From: Trichosphaerium sp. ATCC 40318
Taxonomy: Eukaryota > Protista > Tubulinea
Length of the DNA stretch: 64,000 nucleotides
NCBI GenBank assembly: GCA_038496445.1
Contig: JALMLS010000370.1
Span: 197,361 to 261,360, forward strand
Reading direction: 5' to 3'
Shown here: piece by piece, positions 10,601 through 24,739 of the stretch
Layout of the letters: every line of letters starts with the position of its first letter
Position numbering within the stretch: the first letter of the stretch is position 1
Position numbers and translations under genes: made by a program
Notes under the pieces: generated by a model
Told to the model about the DNA's origin: nothing
What the model saw: only the letters and a program-made list of their open reading frames with translations
Database searches by the model: none

Positions 10601-13492
10601 CTCTACCAAGGTGTCTAATGTTGACACCAACACGATGGATTTTGTAAGGTTGAAGCTGTGCTTTAAAAGCTTCAAGATCAGCATCTGGTCCATTGAACTT
10701 GTGCTCTTCTAAAGTGCGAACAAATCTTGGAATAGTTTCGTTGTACAATCGAAGTGTTACAGTTTGTACTTGTTTATTATCAGCACGTGCCATTTCCTAT
10801 AAAACCATTAGATTGTAAAACACAGAAAATAAATTGTTGTTTTGCGTACTCTGTACTCTTTAGAGAAGAACATGGAAAATGCATCAGGGTTAAGAGGTTG
10901 AGGGTTACGTTGCACGAATTCAGGACGTAGGAATCGCCATAAGTGAACACCTCTTCGTGTAGTACGCTTCGCAGGTGGAAGATACGGCGCCTCTAGAAAA
11001 TTGTTTTTTTAAGCGAACACTTTAGAGTAAACAATCGTACCTGGTGGGAACATTCTAGCCGTATCGACAACGTAAAGTTGTCCATCAGTACCAACATGTC
11101 CTTCTACATCACCTGGACCACATACTTGCTTATCAGAGACCCAATGCTCTTTGAGATTCTTGTTTCAAAATCATCAGCTTAATAATGTAAAAAAGTTTGT
11201 CGTACAAGTTTTTCTGCTACTGCTTCCATCTTAGCAGACATATCCTCATTTTCTTTCATGACAGTGGTACCACCGTCGTCACTTAAAAATGTAAATTGGG
11301 TTTCAACTCTAAATATAAGTGCATTACCTTCCGTAGACGAGTGTTGTCTTTGTAATAGGCAACAATGATACAGCAATAAGTCTGAATCCTATGCGAGTAG
11401 TAAGCAACCGACAACACTGTTAATAGCTATAATACCTCTGTAATCAATCAAACACATGAGAGGCACTTTCAAACCGGGTACTTGAGCATCGTAAATAGCA
11501 CCCAAGCCCCTTTGAAGAAAACGTTAGATCATGGAACTTTTTCTTGTGAAATAAAACATACTTCAATTCAGCACTTGCTGCTTTTGCGCTGTACTCATCA
11601 CCACCGTATATTCCATGTAAATCCGTCTGGTAAACGTAAGTATTATTTATATGTGATACTATTAGTACGTACAGTGAACTTGAATAAGATGCCTTGAGCA
11701 ATATATTTCTAAATAAATCTCACGTGAGAAACAAAAATCGATGAGTTTTCGAAAATGAAACATACTTCACCGCCTGCTACACCACCAACGTTGACTGGTT
11801 TAATGGTTTTGAGGGAAGGAGGTATCATAACCTCTGAAATGATAATACGACCGTATGTTTGTGCGCAATAAGCAAAGTCATTGGCGAGACCTGCCAAAGC
11901 TGTAAACTTGTGTTCACTGTTGTGCCTTTTAAGCAACGTCTAAGATTTTGTGTCAACCTAAAGTTTAAACAGTATGAAACGCACTTGGAACTCTAGATTC
12001 CAATTCTTGATTGGTGCTGCTTTGTTTGAGTCGTCATCAGTTGATGCCACACTAGAGTTTTCAGAAGCGCTTGAGTAATCCTATTCAGATGTTTTGTCAA
12101 TAAAAGATAAGCAACAACCAAGCGTACTTCATCTGCGCCATATCGTTCGTCTGCAAAGTCAAGATACGAGTCACCTACATCGCCATCATCGGCGCCATAG
12201 GCGTCAGGTGTATCAAGTGCATAAGGATCTTGGTATGCATCAATAACATCATCTTCATCTTCCTCCACTTCAACATCCATGGCATAGACGTCACCGTAAG
12301 CGTCTTCCTTCATATTACTCTCGAGATTTTTTGCATCAATCTCTGGTACACTGAAATCAGTGTTAGAATCGTTGAATAGGCTTTCACTATCACTTACTCT
12401 TCTTCTTCATAATCAACGTATCCAGTAGGTTGACTTGGCGGTGGTGTCTTTGATTTCTTCTTTTTCCTCGCGGTGCTAGGTTTTGATTTGGATTCCTCTT
12501 CAGGATCAATATATCCAGATACTGGGTTCTCTGTAACTCAAGGATTAGCTTTGGAAAAACAAACCAAAGAAAAAACATAGTAAGGAATCCAAAACACTTA
12601 CTTTTTTTTTCACGTGGTGATGGTTCTTGGCTTTCTTCTTCGTCAACGAGGTAACCTGCAACTTTATTCTTTGGTTTCTTCTTAGGACGCTTAGAAGCAG
12701 AGCGTTTAGGTGGGTTTTTCTATGGATAAGTTAGACTGACGGACATAAATCTCTGTCAGTATTACCACAGGTTCATCCTCGTTTAGTACAACATATGCTG
12801 TCTCCTTGAGTTGTTCACCATCTTTCTTCCAGTACGCATCAACCTTTTTTTGACAAAATATTAATTTTATTCGCTAAAGTTCACGTGATAAACAAACCTT
12901 GCAATTAATACTTGCCTTGGATTGTTTTCTTTGATCTTCTGCCACAATTTTTATCTGAATAGCCGCCTAATTGACAATGTAAAAACACAATTCATAGTAT
13001 TAATCGCAGAGAGGGTATAGAACCTTATTTGCGTATTTTTTAGAAGTGTTTCTTAGGTAACTGATTTGTTCTGTTGATTCTATTTCAGATATCTTTAATT
13101 CTCCAATCAGACGCGGTTTTAGGCGACGTTCATGCATACACTTGATTCGTATGCCCTCTACTTTTAATCCTGTAGAACTAGAGACTTCGTTAGGGTTTGT
13201 TTTAGGAAATAAATAAACGGGCCGTACAATTGTAACGTGGTATCCCAGTCAATCTGCGGTTTACTAGAGCGCCCCACCACAGTTGGAGTTTTTTTTGAGT
13301 CAATAACGCCTAATAAATCGGTTATTCTCTAGCCAGTAGTGAACACTGTACCATCAGCGCCTAGTAGCGCTACCTCACAGTATAACCCCTTGTCTTTTGG
13401 CAAGTCTTTACCAACGCCAACTAAAATTGTTTGTTACAGGCTTCAAAGTACAACAGCGTACTTGTGACCTTGTATTGTTTTTCTTTGCTCAT
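7696..13492 (-). CDS. Clu-domain protein with N-terminal C2-like domain, acidic linker, TPR-like helices and LRR-like C-terminal region
   Basis: LANDFAYCAQTYGRIIISE..KTIKPVNVGGVAGGEKY, AKAASAELKGL, FRLIAVSLLPI, YGSDDGG, GDVEGHVGTDGQLYVVDTARMFPPE, LRPEFV, HRVGVNIRHLGRV. TPR-like WESIRAWGIVL. ATG at 13492 (MSKEKQYK). Confidence 0.85.
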
Positions 13493-13640
13493 GATCGGGT
13501 TTGGCAAAGTTTTTTATACTATTGTGTTTAATGTCCTCGCAAAGGTGCTCCCTTATGACACTGTCTTGTCGGGTTTTAATTTGGGTTAGCGTAACTTAAC
13601 GCTGTTTGTTGAAACGTTTCTCATAACTGCACAGTGAATA

Positions 13641-16272
13641 ATGGCAGAGCCAACTGAAGTGACTTGGGATGCGGTGATCAACTTTTGGTTCGCTGGTGAC
13701 TTACAGGAGCGCTACAAACGCAAATGGTTTCCCACCGGACCTCTACAGGTAATAAATAGTGGTTTCCAAGCTAAATGATATAAGGAAGCAATGGACGCAG
13801 AAATTACAAGCCGATTTGGGCCTTTACTTACAAAAGCCGAGTCTGGGCAGTTAAATCACTGGAAGGAGCACCCTCATAGCTTTGTTGGTATGTGAGCAGC
13901 TTGTTGTATTATTTCTTACGTAATAGCACTCATATTGGTACTGGACCAATTCTCGAGGCATATATACCGCAGTAAACGCGAAAACATCGACAAAAACGAT
14001 GAAAAAGCACTGGATCTCGCTAAAGAGCTTATAAAACGCGGATGGCACCAGCTCTTGCCTGTACAATACCATATTTTCGTATTGATGCCTTTCAGGTATG
14101 ACAGTTGACACAAATACGTAAACTAACTCGCTAGGCACTCAGAGGTCAAAGAAAACTTACAATTGGTGCTTGAGCACATTTCTGAGCGCTCAGAGCTAGA
14201 CCAAGCCGTAAGTTTGCAGATTTTTAAATGCTTTCCATTTAATTTTATTAAAACAAGTTAGGATTCTGATCTTTTGGAGAAATTTCGCAAAACCACAATC
14301 CTGTACGCAATCAATGTCTTTTCTTGAATATGCTCATTTTTTCTTTAAAGGCGAATACAACACTTGAAGAAGGAGGACACTGGCCATGATTTGTTGGCAT
14401 TTTATGAGTTTGAAGGGGATGAGAAAGCAATGGTATAATGTACCTTTCTTTGAGTTTTTATGTGGTTGTGTTGGCTTACATTGTTCTTTTAGCCTAAGCA
14501 TAAGTTGCACAAGTGCATTAATACGTTCATGCGTAATCATTATGATAATAAGAAACACACCCACATAATAGTTTCATTATCTGGAGGTGTTGATTCAATG
14601 GTCATTACACGTGTTCTTATTCACATGAAGAAACATTCTCGGTTTAATTTTACAGTGGGTTCGTTTGCATTCACACTCAAAGGGATCTAAATATATTTTT
14701 TATAGTTGCATGTCATATTGATTATGGTAACCGGCCAGAGAGCGGCCGCGAAGCCGATTTTGTTGAGCAATGGTGCAAAAAGTTTGATGTGATCTTTTGC
14801 AAAAAGACAATTACGGAATTGAAGCGAGGTAGCGTTATAAAAGCCATCTAGACGTTATTATTAACCTCTTGCATAGGAGTTACAAAAAGAGATGCGTATG
14901 AAAAGGAAACACGACGAATGAGATTTGAGTTGTACCAAGAAACTCTAAGTGTACGGTTGCCAAAAGCTTCAATTTAGTTGCTAATCTTTGTTCCAAGAAA
15001 TATGCTAGTCCAGGCGTCATTTTTGGACATCATCTCGGAGATGAACAAGAAAACGTTATATGTAATGTAATGAAAGGAGTTAGTATATTCAATTTATCAG
15101 GCATGGCAGATGTAAGGTACTATCAACAATTGCTGTCAAAATGAATCTTAATTTTTTTATTAGCGTAATTTCTAACGTGCCTATCCTTCGACCTTTGCTA
15201 CCTTATCCAAAACGCGTTGTTTTTGATTATGCTCATAAGTTTGGAGTGCCATATTTCTTGGATACCACTCCTAAATGGAGTAATAGAGGAAAACTTCGAA
15301 ATCAATTGTTTCCTTTAGTAGAGGAAATATTTGGTGAGCATGCTACATCACAACAAACTGATCCTTACAACTACATTAGGTGTTGGCGTACGTGGAAACT
15401 TGACATCATTGGCACGTGATTCAGATGCGGCTAGACAAATGATAAACGATTTCCTTCTGCAACCTGTTTGGTACCTTTTCGTTCTGCAAAAAAAACAAGA
15501 GGAAGCTTTTTTCTAACATGTTTTGTTTAGGGATAGCGTTGTTTACTCCGATATGGGATTTTGGTTTGACTTTAAAGACCACTTGAACAAACCTGTGCTC
15601 TTCTGGAAAGCCGTGTTGAAGCGAGTGATGCACTCTGTTGGAGAGTCAGTTATATCAGATAAGAGTAAGTTATAGAATAGAAAATGAAATCGCTTAGTAT
15701 TTGATGATAGGCTTGGAGCATTTCATTACACGTGTTGCTTTAGCAAAGAACATGTGGGTTCCTCTAAAGAGTCACTTGCACTCCCTCATATGCGACAATT
15801 GCTTGTTTGTATTCTACCCTGAAGTGTTTCCACCTAAACCATGCTTTACATCTGTACGATAATCATACTTTTGTACCTCGTATAATTTGAGATTTAGGGA
15901 ATGGAAATGAAGACTGAAAGTGAGGCGTCTTTTGAACGATGGCACGTGAAAGTGGAGCCTGTTGATGCTGATGAGGTTGTTATTATTGATGTAACACTCA
16001 AGATTATATCTACTGGTTGCATTAAGTACTATTTGCCAATATACAAGGACAGTAGGCTTATTATTGATCCAAACAAAAAATTTAAAAAGAATTTCAAAGG
16101 GTTAGATAGAAAGGTTAAGATTGGTCTTCCAATTGTAAGAGATGCCACAGAGGGAAAACCCACAGGACCGCCATTATCTTATGTGAAAGTGACACTTCAA
16201 TATCTTAAACCAGAGTCACGTAGAGCTGAACCACGTGTTCCAGGAACTATTCAACCAGAAAGTAAAAATTAA
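13641..16272 (+). CDS. tilS: DUF924 domain fused to TilS-like tRNA(Ile)-lysidine synthetase (PP-loop ATPase)
   Basis: N-terminal DUF924 motifs VINFWF, KWF, LDQFSRHIYR and LMPFRHSE. TilS motifs IIVSLSGGVDSMV, HIDYGNRPES, GHHLGDEQEN, ILRPLL and RGKLRNQLFP. Confidence 0.85.
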
Positions 16273-16512
16273 AATAAACTATTACTTTTTCTTTGTAGAC
16301 AATTCACGTTTGAGAGTAAGATAACTAACCACAGACTCAATTTCGACAAAGAAAGAATGAAACCTGACGTAAGGAAGACTGTGACGTAGTCCTTCCGTTT
16401 TTGACTTTGTTAATTAATGAATTTGCCGTCAAATGGCAGTACAATTCTGTAACAGTCAAACACAATAATATTACATTACCAGGTCGAAGAACCGTAGTGC
16501 ACCAGTACTACC

Positions 16513-19311
16513 ATGGCGGAGCCTGATGGTGTACGTTTTTGTTGCGTTCAACGCCTTGTACTAATACGCACAGAGTGCCGAACCAGGACCTGTGTTTATG
16601 TCAGATGATTGGCGTCCTGTAAGAGTAGAAAGTTCTCTCACACTAGAGCAATTATCGACTGGCAAAATAGATGAAGAGGACGTAGAAGTAGCACAAGAGC
16701 CCCAGGAACCAATAAAAAAAGACAAGAGCGCTATTCTAAGGTCAAATAGACAGAAGTTAATAAACGAAATTATTGACACTGAAACAGTACTACGCGTTAT
16801 CAAATATGGCATATTTAACACTTATAGGCGTATTCAGCAGATTTAACGACGCTTGAAAAGTGTTACAAAAAACCACTGTTAACTAAAGGCGTCCTTTCCA
16901 AAAAAGACGCCGCTAAAATATTTTCTGGTACGTACTAGCTCAAGATAAAAAGCTAAAAATGCTTTATAGATATTTCGGTTCTGACGCTTCTACATCGCGA
17001 TTTACTGAGTTGTATTGTACTACAAACATCTCAAAAACAAGCGAACGCTATATCCCTTGAGCTAGGTCGCATTTTTAAAGACAGGGTATGTCACAAAACG
17101 TACATTTTTATTATCGGGTAACATGTTGATGATTTTTTTAGGCTCAAAGGTTGACAGCGGTGTACAAAGGTACGATTTTACTTGCCACTACGCGCGTAGA
17201 TGCAAAAAAAATTGACATTCTTTGTTTTTAGAATACTGCTCTAAGTACCCTCAAAGGGAGAAAGCACTTCTAAAGGTTATGAAAGGATCTGATAGGTTTA
17301 AAAAAGAGCACGATGTGAGTAAATGTCATTTGGTTTTTGAAAAAACAAGAAAAAATAAGCTTAAGTCTGATTATTTATTTTGTAGGTAATACGGGATACT
17401 AGTACTGGTGGTTTGTCTCTTAATGATTTTCTTATAAAACCAGTACAGGTATGTGGTCATTTATGCTGTTAAACACTCAATTCAATTAGCGTATAACACG
17501 GTATCCAATGTTACTTAAAGAACTTATTTCTATTGAAATAAAACTTGGTAATTTTAAAGAAGGAGACACAACTATAATACATGAAGCCTGTCAAACTCTA
17601 CAAGATATCTTAAAGGAGATCAATACACATAAGGCTAATATGGATAAAGTTCAAGCTATTGAACACACTTTTGTTAATTATTTCTGGCAAAATGTGCGAA
17701 AGTCTTGTTGCAACGCCACTTTTTTTTGACATTTTTTTTTTCGGGTAGGATTTGAAAGTGTCAAAAAGAGGACCAACGAGAAAATTTGTACAGGAGGGTG
17801 CATGTGCCATTGGTAGACGTGAGCATTACTATTACATGTTTAATGACATGATGGTATTCGGTTCACAACAAGTTGGGCGAGGCACATATCGACCAAAGCG
17901 TGTAATTCAACTAGCAAGCGTATGCGATATGGAAGGTAACTGTCTTTTTTTTTTTTTTTGTTTGAGGTTGCTTTCTATTATATCATTTTGGCTGAAAGTT
18001 TACGGATTTTTGGGGTAGGTATATCTGATGGGGACAGTATCAATACAATTACTCTTACACTTGAAAATGCGAAACCAGTTAAGCTCGGATTTAAAGACTA
18101 CAGTACTATGCAGCAAGTATCCAACACGTTATTACTGGTTCTTAATGAAATAAGACCTATAAGTATGAAGACTTCGCCTCATAGTAGTAATAGCGAACCG
18201 CAACGACGTGCAAGACCTGTTGCGTCTCCAAGAAAAGCTAAAAATCTTTTTAATGAGTTGAATTCAACTCTTCGCACACGTTCTCAAAAACCGCCTGAAT
18301 ATAAACCTAGACCTGTGACAGTTCATCTGGACAAAGCACAGAGCTTAGATACTGCTAAAAATAGGCGTCCATTATCTACTAGTGCTGCTAGTCGAAAACT
18401 TATTTCTTCTCCACGTGGGCACACCTTATTTGGATTAAATAGAACGACACAAAATGCTGGATCCGATGGTCGCTCATTAACTGTTTCAAACACTTTTCGT
18501 ACTTTACCAATTGCAACAAGCGCTTCTACAACAAGTGATGATGATGATGATAATGATAGAGACATCTCCTTAAGAGATCTTGTAGAAGCTGAAGATCAAG
18601 GTCTTCAAGTTTCTAACTCTATAAATGGCGATGATATTCCACAACGTGCTGATAGTATAACCAACAGAAACTCTAAAGCGAATCGGTTGTCACTGAACAA
18701 ATTTATGTTTAGTGCTATTCTACAAGAAGCAAAGAGGATGAGCAGCCGGAAACTAAAGTGAACATACAAGTTTCACCAGTTGTGTCTCCAAAACCAGGAA
18801 GGATTTCGGAACCACCTCTTAGGAAGCTTCCTGCGCTACCGCCACGACCTGCAAAGCAAGAACCGGTCAAAGCATCTAATGGTGGTCCTTCCCCACGGTC
18901 CATGCTACCACTCAGTGCTAGACGATCAAAGCAGCTTATTAGGCGAAAGCAAGCGAGTAGGGCACCATTGATTCGTAAAACGACGGATGCAAAGTTTTTA
19001 TTCCAAGTGCCTCAACATAAGCTTCAAGGTACTAAAATTGTATTATACTACTACCATCAAAACTCTTATCAATGCTTGTAGGAATGCCAAAAGCACTTCT
19101 TATTCATTTACCTGGAGGCCTTATAAGCTCACAAGTTTGGACACCAAACAAGAGATTAGATAAAATTTTAGAAAGACTTTGCAGAAACCGTCAGGATATA
19201 ACACTTGATTGTCAAGCCCTTAGTATGCGTGGACAAGAGCTCGATATGACTAAGACAATTGGTGAATTGAGTTTATACGAATTGCAGTTCGCGAAGCCTT
19301 TAAAACAATAA
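16513..19311 (+). CDS. RhoGEF (DH-PH) with low-complexity linker and C-terminal Ras-binding-like domain
   Basis: DH: RQKLINEIIDTE, LNDFLIKPVQRITRYPMLLKEL. PH: RKFVQEG..HYYYMFNDMMVFG. RBD-like: LLIHLPGG..RLDKILERLCRNR. Confidence 0.88.
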
Positions 19312-19434
19312 ATTTTCGAAAAGAACTTTTTTTGGTTTTTTTTTTGTGCACTGAATTAAGTTTAAGCGGCACACTTTGCATGGGATGCGTTAAGGCATTT
19401 AAAAAGGCTTTGTATTGAGAATTGCAAACATATT

Positions 19435-22400
19435 ATGCAGAATCTCGAGGCTGTGGCGGCTGACCACTCTGTCATAACTGATAAGAAAGTAATAATTGCG
19501 AAACTAGGTTCAAACAACAACGCCTATGTCTTGGATAGTGAATTAGATCTTTTTGAGTACAATTACGCAACTCAACAGGCACGAATTTATTTTTTCTTTA
19601 AAACTAATTTATTTAGTCTTCCGTCGTAGCCAGCGTTCAAGGAGATGAATTGCTATCGGTTGAGGTACGAATATTTAAGAAATGCGTAAATTAACGCTTT
19701 AAAAGGACGTCGTTGTTGCTATGGCGTATGTGGCTGATCTAGAGGCAGTTTGTATCGTGTCTTTAACAGGTGATATTGTGCTTGTAAACCTTGAATCCAA
19801 AGAGGTGCCAAACGCCGTCACTACGTACAAAAACGCTCTCTAATGATTTATAGGTCGAATGCGTTGGTTCTATTTCTGATGGTATTGTGGGCATGGAATG
19901 GAGCCCAGACCTAGAAATGGTTGCCTTTACAACAGGCGCACACAAGCTACTACTAATGACACAGGTAAGATAATCTCTAAGGCGTCTACAGAGTCTGTTA
20001 TCGCTGATTTTCAAAAAAGGATTGGGAGCCTATCACTGAAGCTTACATTTCGGCTCTTGATGACATTGATGGTCCTCACGCAATAACGTGGAGGCAAGAT
20101 GGCAAATATTTGGCTGCGTCATTCACGCATCAAGGTACAGTAACGCTTTGTCTGTGATTACCAGAAAATTCTCAAAAAAAGGCTGATGATTGCGTTAGGT
20201 GTATCTAAATTTGCTGTTTGGGAACGATCTGGTATTATACATGCAGAGATGGAGGATTTAAGAGATATACATGCGTCTCCAATGTGTTATAAACCATCTG
20301 GTGAATTAATAACAATGTGTCAAAAACAACCAAATCAACAACTTGTTGCTTTTTTTGAACGTAATGGCCTTAAACATGGAGAATTTAAGATACCAAAACA
20401 ATGGGTTGTTTTGAATATTGCGTGGAGCCCACGTGCTGATATATTAGCTCTTCAAGTGAAACCTACTGCTGTAAGTTAACTCATCAACAATTTTTTTTTG
20501 ACATTTGACATTTCATCAAAAGGATTCAAAAACAGAGGCTATTGCTTTATACACTACAAAGAATTACGCTTGGTACTTAAAGCGATATGTATCAATGCCG
20601 TACGTATTAACTATATGACTGTTTGTTGTTTTAATTGGTGGTTTCTTTAGAGAAGATCAACATGTTGTTCAGTTAGAGTGGGACGAAGTAAAAGCTGCTC
20701 AACTTCATGTTATAACTGATATGGGTCTTTCATGGAAATGGGAATTCGCATGGGTTGTTGATGTTAGTTGTGGTATGGACAAAGATGATCCTTCTACTGT
20801 AGCTGTCATACAAGGCAATCAATTACTCCTTACACCAATGAAACGTGCAGTTGTACCTCCACCAATGAGCGCCTCAAAGATAACGGTACAAATAAGGAGT
20901 GGTGAAATCGCAATTTCTAATGGAGTTTGTAGGTTGGAGAAAACAAATTCATTTCTTGTGTCACATTTTCGCGTCATGGAGACATCTGCGTATTGCTGTC
21001 TGACGCCACTATAAGTTTCTACAAAAAGGTGTTGTAATTGTTGAACTACTTTATCGCTTACTGTAATTAGGCTGATGAGTCAGCGCCGCTCTCTACACCT
21101 CCGTCATTATTGGGTAATATGAGGTACACATTTATTTTTCTTTTGCAATGCTAATGAATCAAAGTGGGCTTGATAGCTTTGGTATATCAACACAAAATAT
21201 TAAACAAATTCGATGGAGTGATGAAGAAACTTTATTGCTTGTTGAGAGCGTTGAAGCCGGAGATGTAATAGCCTTGGTGGAGTTTGAAATGAAGGTATTC
21301 TGCAACCTTGCTAGCATGGAACGTCCAGTTGTACTTAACTGCTTGTTTTAGGATGGTAATTGTTCAGTCCTTGATGTTCGCACCATTGCCTCAGCACAGC
21401 ATATATTAAGTGTGGCTGTAAATCCATCAAATGGCGCTATATTCGTACAAGATGAAAAAGGAAACGTGTACAATATTATACAAGGTAAATACATACAAAA
21501 ACCCCGAAACATTTTGTACTCACCGCCTTGAATAGAAGAGGCTATGCTCGAACCTGTTCCTTGGGGTGGATTTCCAATGCCTTGCGTCAGTATTGCTTCA
21601 ACATTCATGGGTGATGAGGTAAACTACCTTTCTTGTTTTTTTCCTTTCAACGTTCAAGTGTTTTAACAATTATATCTGCTTTTAGGAAATTGTTGTTGGC
21701 GTTACAAATACTTTCAGATTGTTTGTCAATAGTACCATGGTTTCTGAGCAATGCACCTCTTTTTCTATTCATACCGGTTTTCTGGCGTTCACCACTCTTG
21801 CACATAAACTATTGTTCATGAGCCTAGAACTACAACTCGAAGGTAAGATAGATTTACATTGTTCTTGTTATTAACCCTGTTTTACAGCCAACATACAAAT
21901 TTTGAAAAACACAGCGAAATGGAACTTGACTGAACGCAGCGTTGAAAACGGTGCAATTCTTGTTACAGTGCCTTCTCATGATGATAAAGTAGTCCTTCAA
22001 GTACGTTAATATCATCTCAAGTTCCAATAACTTCCTAACATTTATTGAACACAAGATGCCAAGAGGTAATCTCGAAACCATACACCCACGTGCTTTAGTT
22101 CTTGTAGAAGTCAGAAAACACATTGAAGCGTAAGGCTGTACCTATTTTGGCTTTAATACTTACGTTATTGTAGTCACAACTTTTTAAAGGCATTCACTAC
22201 CATGAGACGCAACAAAATTGATCTAAACTTCTTGTATGATGTTAACCCTGAAGACTTTATGTCACATATTCCTGAGTTTTTAAAGCAAATGTCTCGCCCA
22301 AGTTTCATCAACCAGTTTTTAAATGCTATACATGATGAGGACTCAACAACAACTACCCTACTAGGTATGAAACTGAGAAAGAACGTGCACGATTAACATA

Positions 22401-24381
22401 TATTTTTCTAGATCCTTGGAAGGCAACCAGCGCTGCAGCTGCACAAACTGCAGATTTACTGGCTAGTATTCCTTCAATACAAATAAAGAAGACTATAAAT
22501 AAGCGTAATAAAATTGCAGGCGCTGTCTTGAATGCCTTGAAACCAAATGCAAGCGAACATACTACTTCTATACTTACAGCGTATGCGCGCCATGACCCAC
22601 CTATGATAGAAGAAGCGCTCAAACACATATCCACAATACGAGGTACAATCAAAACTGTGTGTGACTTATTTGCTAATTCAATTGTTTAGAAAAAGACCAA
22701 AAAGGCGCTGACAAGGCTGTAGAATATCTCATATTCTTGGTCAAAGATGTCAATAAATTATACGATGTTGCCCTTGGCATGTACAACCTGGAGTTCGCTT
22801 TGATGGTTGCTCAAAAATCTCAAATGGTAACGTTACCTGTTATATTTCAGTGTTTTGACTCTTTACTAGGATCCAAAAGAATACTTGCCTTTCCTCTCTG
22901 ATCTTCATGAATCAGATGATCTCATTAGAAAATACAAGATTGATTGTCACCTATCTCGATGGAAGTGTGCTGTTACAAACTTGGCAACTACAGGCCTCAA
23001 AGATTTCGAATTAGCTATCACTCTGATTAAAAAACACAACCTCTTTGTACATGCATTGCATGTCTACAAAGGCACTGACGCGTATAATCCTTTATTATTG
23101 AAATACGGAGAGTTTCTTATCCAAGATTCTCAATACGAAGCAGCGGCAGCAGGTAACTAACGCATATTTGATATTTCATTCTTTGAAGTTAACATTGTCC
23201 AGTACTGGAGACTGGCGGCCACTTGGAAAAGGCAATGGCTGCCTGGAGGGAAGCTATGAACTTACAACAATGTGTTGCTACAGCACATCGATTGAAGTAT
23301 ACCCCAGATCAGCTAGAGGAACTATACACAGACTTGGCTGAAGCCTTCTTGAGCACCTACAGGTACGGTTTTTTTTTTGTAGTAAATGGAACTTTATTGG
23401 GCGGCTTTGTAAACTTATACGTGGTTTATTTTAGATTGCAAGAGGCTGCTACCCTTTACGAGCATTATCTAAAAGACATGGAAACTGCTGTTGATACTTA
23501 CTCCAGGGGTGGGTACTGGGACGATGCATTGCGTCTGGTATGTTACAAAACTATGTTTGAGTTTTTTTAAGTATTGCCACTAGTGCCACGTTCATGATCC
23601 CTCATGGATAGAAGAGACAGTTGAGCCTGCAGTCTTAGATTGGTATTACTATATACTACTTGTTACTTTAATTAATGCGGTCTTAGGTATAATATGACGC
23701 TCACAAAACTGCAAGAAAACCACTTGTCTTTGAACAAGAGTTATACTCGATTGTGTAAAGTGCGTACAGGATGGGTACAGCGTGTTACAATAGGTAAGAT
23801 TTAAAAAAACGTTAGAAAGTTACTTGTTAACAAGAGGGCATAGGTCAAGACTCTGAAACTGCTTCAGTGTATTCGTCAGTCTCTGGTCTTTCATTTGCTA
23901 GTGGCAGCACATATTCTTCTTATTCTTCTTATTCTTCTGGCTCCTCAAAGTCGTCTCGCTCTTCAAGACGTCGTAGAAGGAAGAAAAAACTCTCCGGCCG
24001 TGAAGGTACTGCACGTGAAGATGAGTTCATTGTTTTGGCGATGAAGGAAATACTCCCTGACGAGAAAAAAAAGGGTGCGAGAAAACAATCTATCATAAAT
24101 CCTGATTTTTTTCCGTTTTTGTAGACGAAATACGTCGGTTGTCACGTGTTTTATGTATGCTTGGGCACATGAAAGAAGCTCGTCAGCTTCAAGAGACATT
24201 TGCAAAGTACTTAAGCGCTTTTGAACTTGCACTTCCTCTCTTGAACACGCCGGAGCCTCCACGACCTAATGAAGACGATGAGATGCCGCAACCTATTGAT
24301 GTGTCAAACTACAAGTTTATAAATCCTGTCACTACAAAGATTATGGAGATACCTTCAGTAAAGTGGGAGCTTCCACTTTGA
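19435..24381 (+). CDS. ELP1: Elongator complex protein 1 (IKI3/IKAP)
   Basis: [111 protein letters not shown], and the basic C-terminal SRRRRRKKKLSGREG. Confidence 0.96.
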
Positions 24382-24739
24382 AACAAAGTGAAACACCATT
24401 AAACACATGCCAGCTTTATGATTTAAAATTTTTAACAAGACAGCACCATGGTGAAGAAACCGAAAATAGGTTACATTAATATGTAAATATACACTAGTAA
24501 CCGAAAAAACCCAATACAGTTGTACGCCAAAAATTAAAGTATTTTTGTCTCTTTTTGTTTAAAGCACGTGTAAAAAACGTGCCACACTATTTAATTTTAC
24601 ATCTTGGCTTTTTACAACAAGAGATTTAATGATGATATTAAAGCTCCCCACGTGAAAAATGGAGACGCTTGTGACAACTTGCAATTTTGAGAACAAAAGT
24701 TGTCTTCAATACAATTTTACATGTAACTAGTCAGTTACC

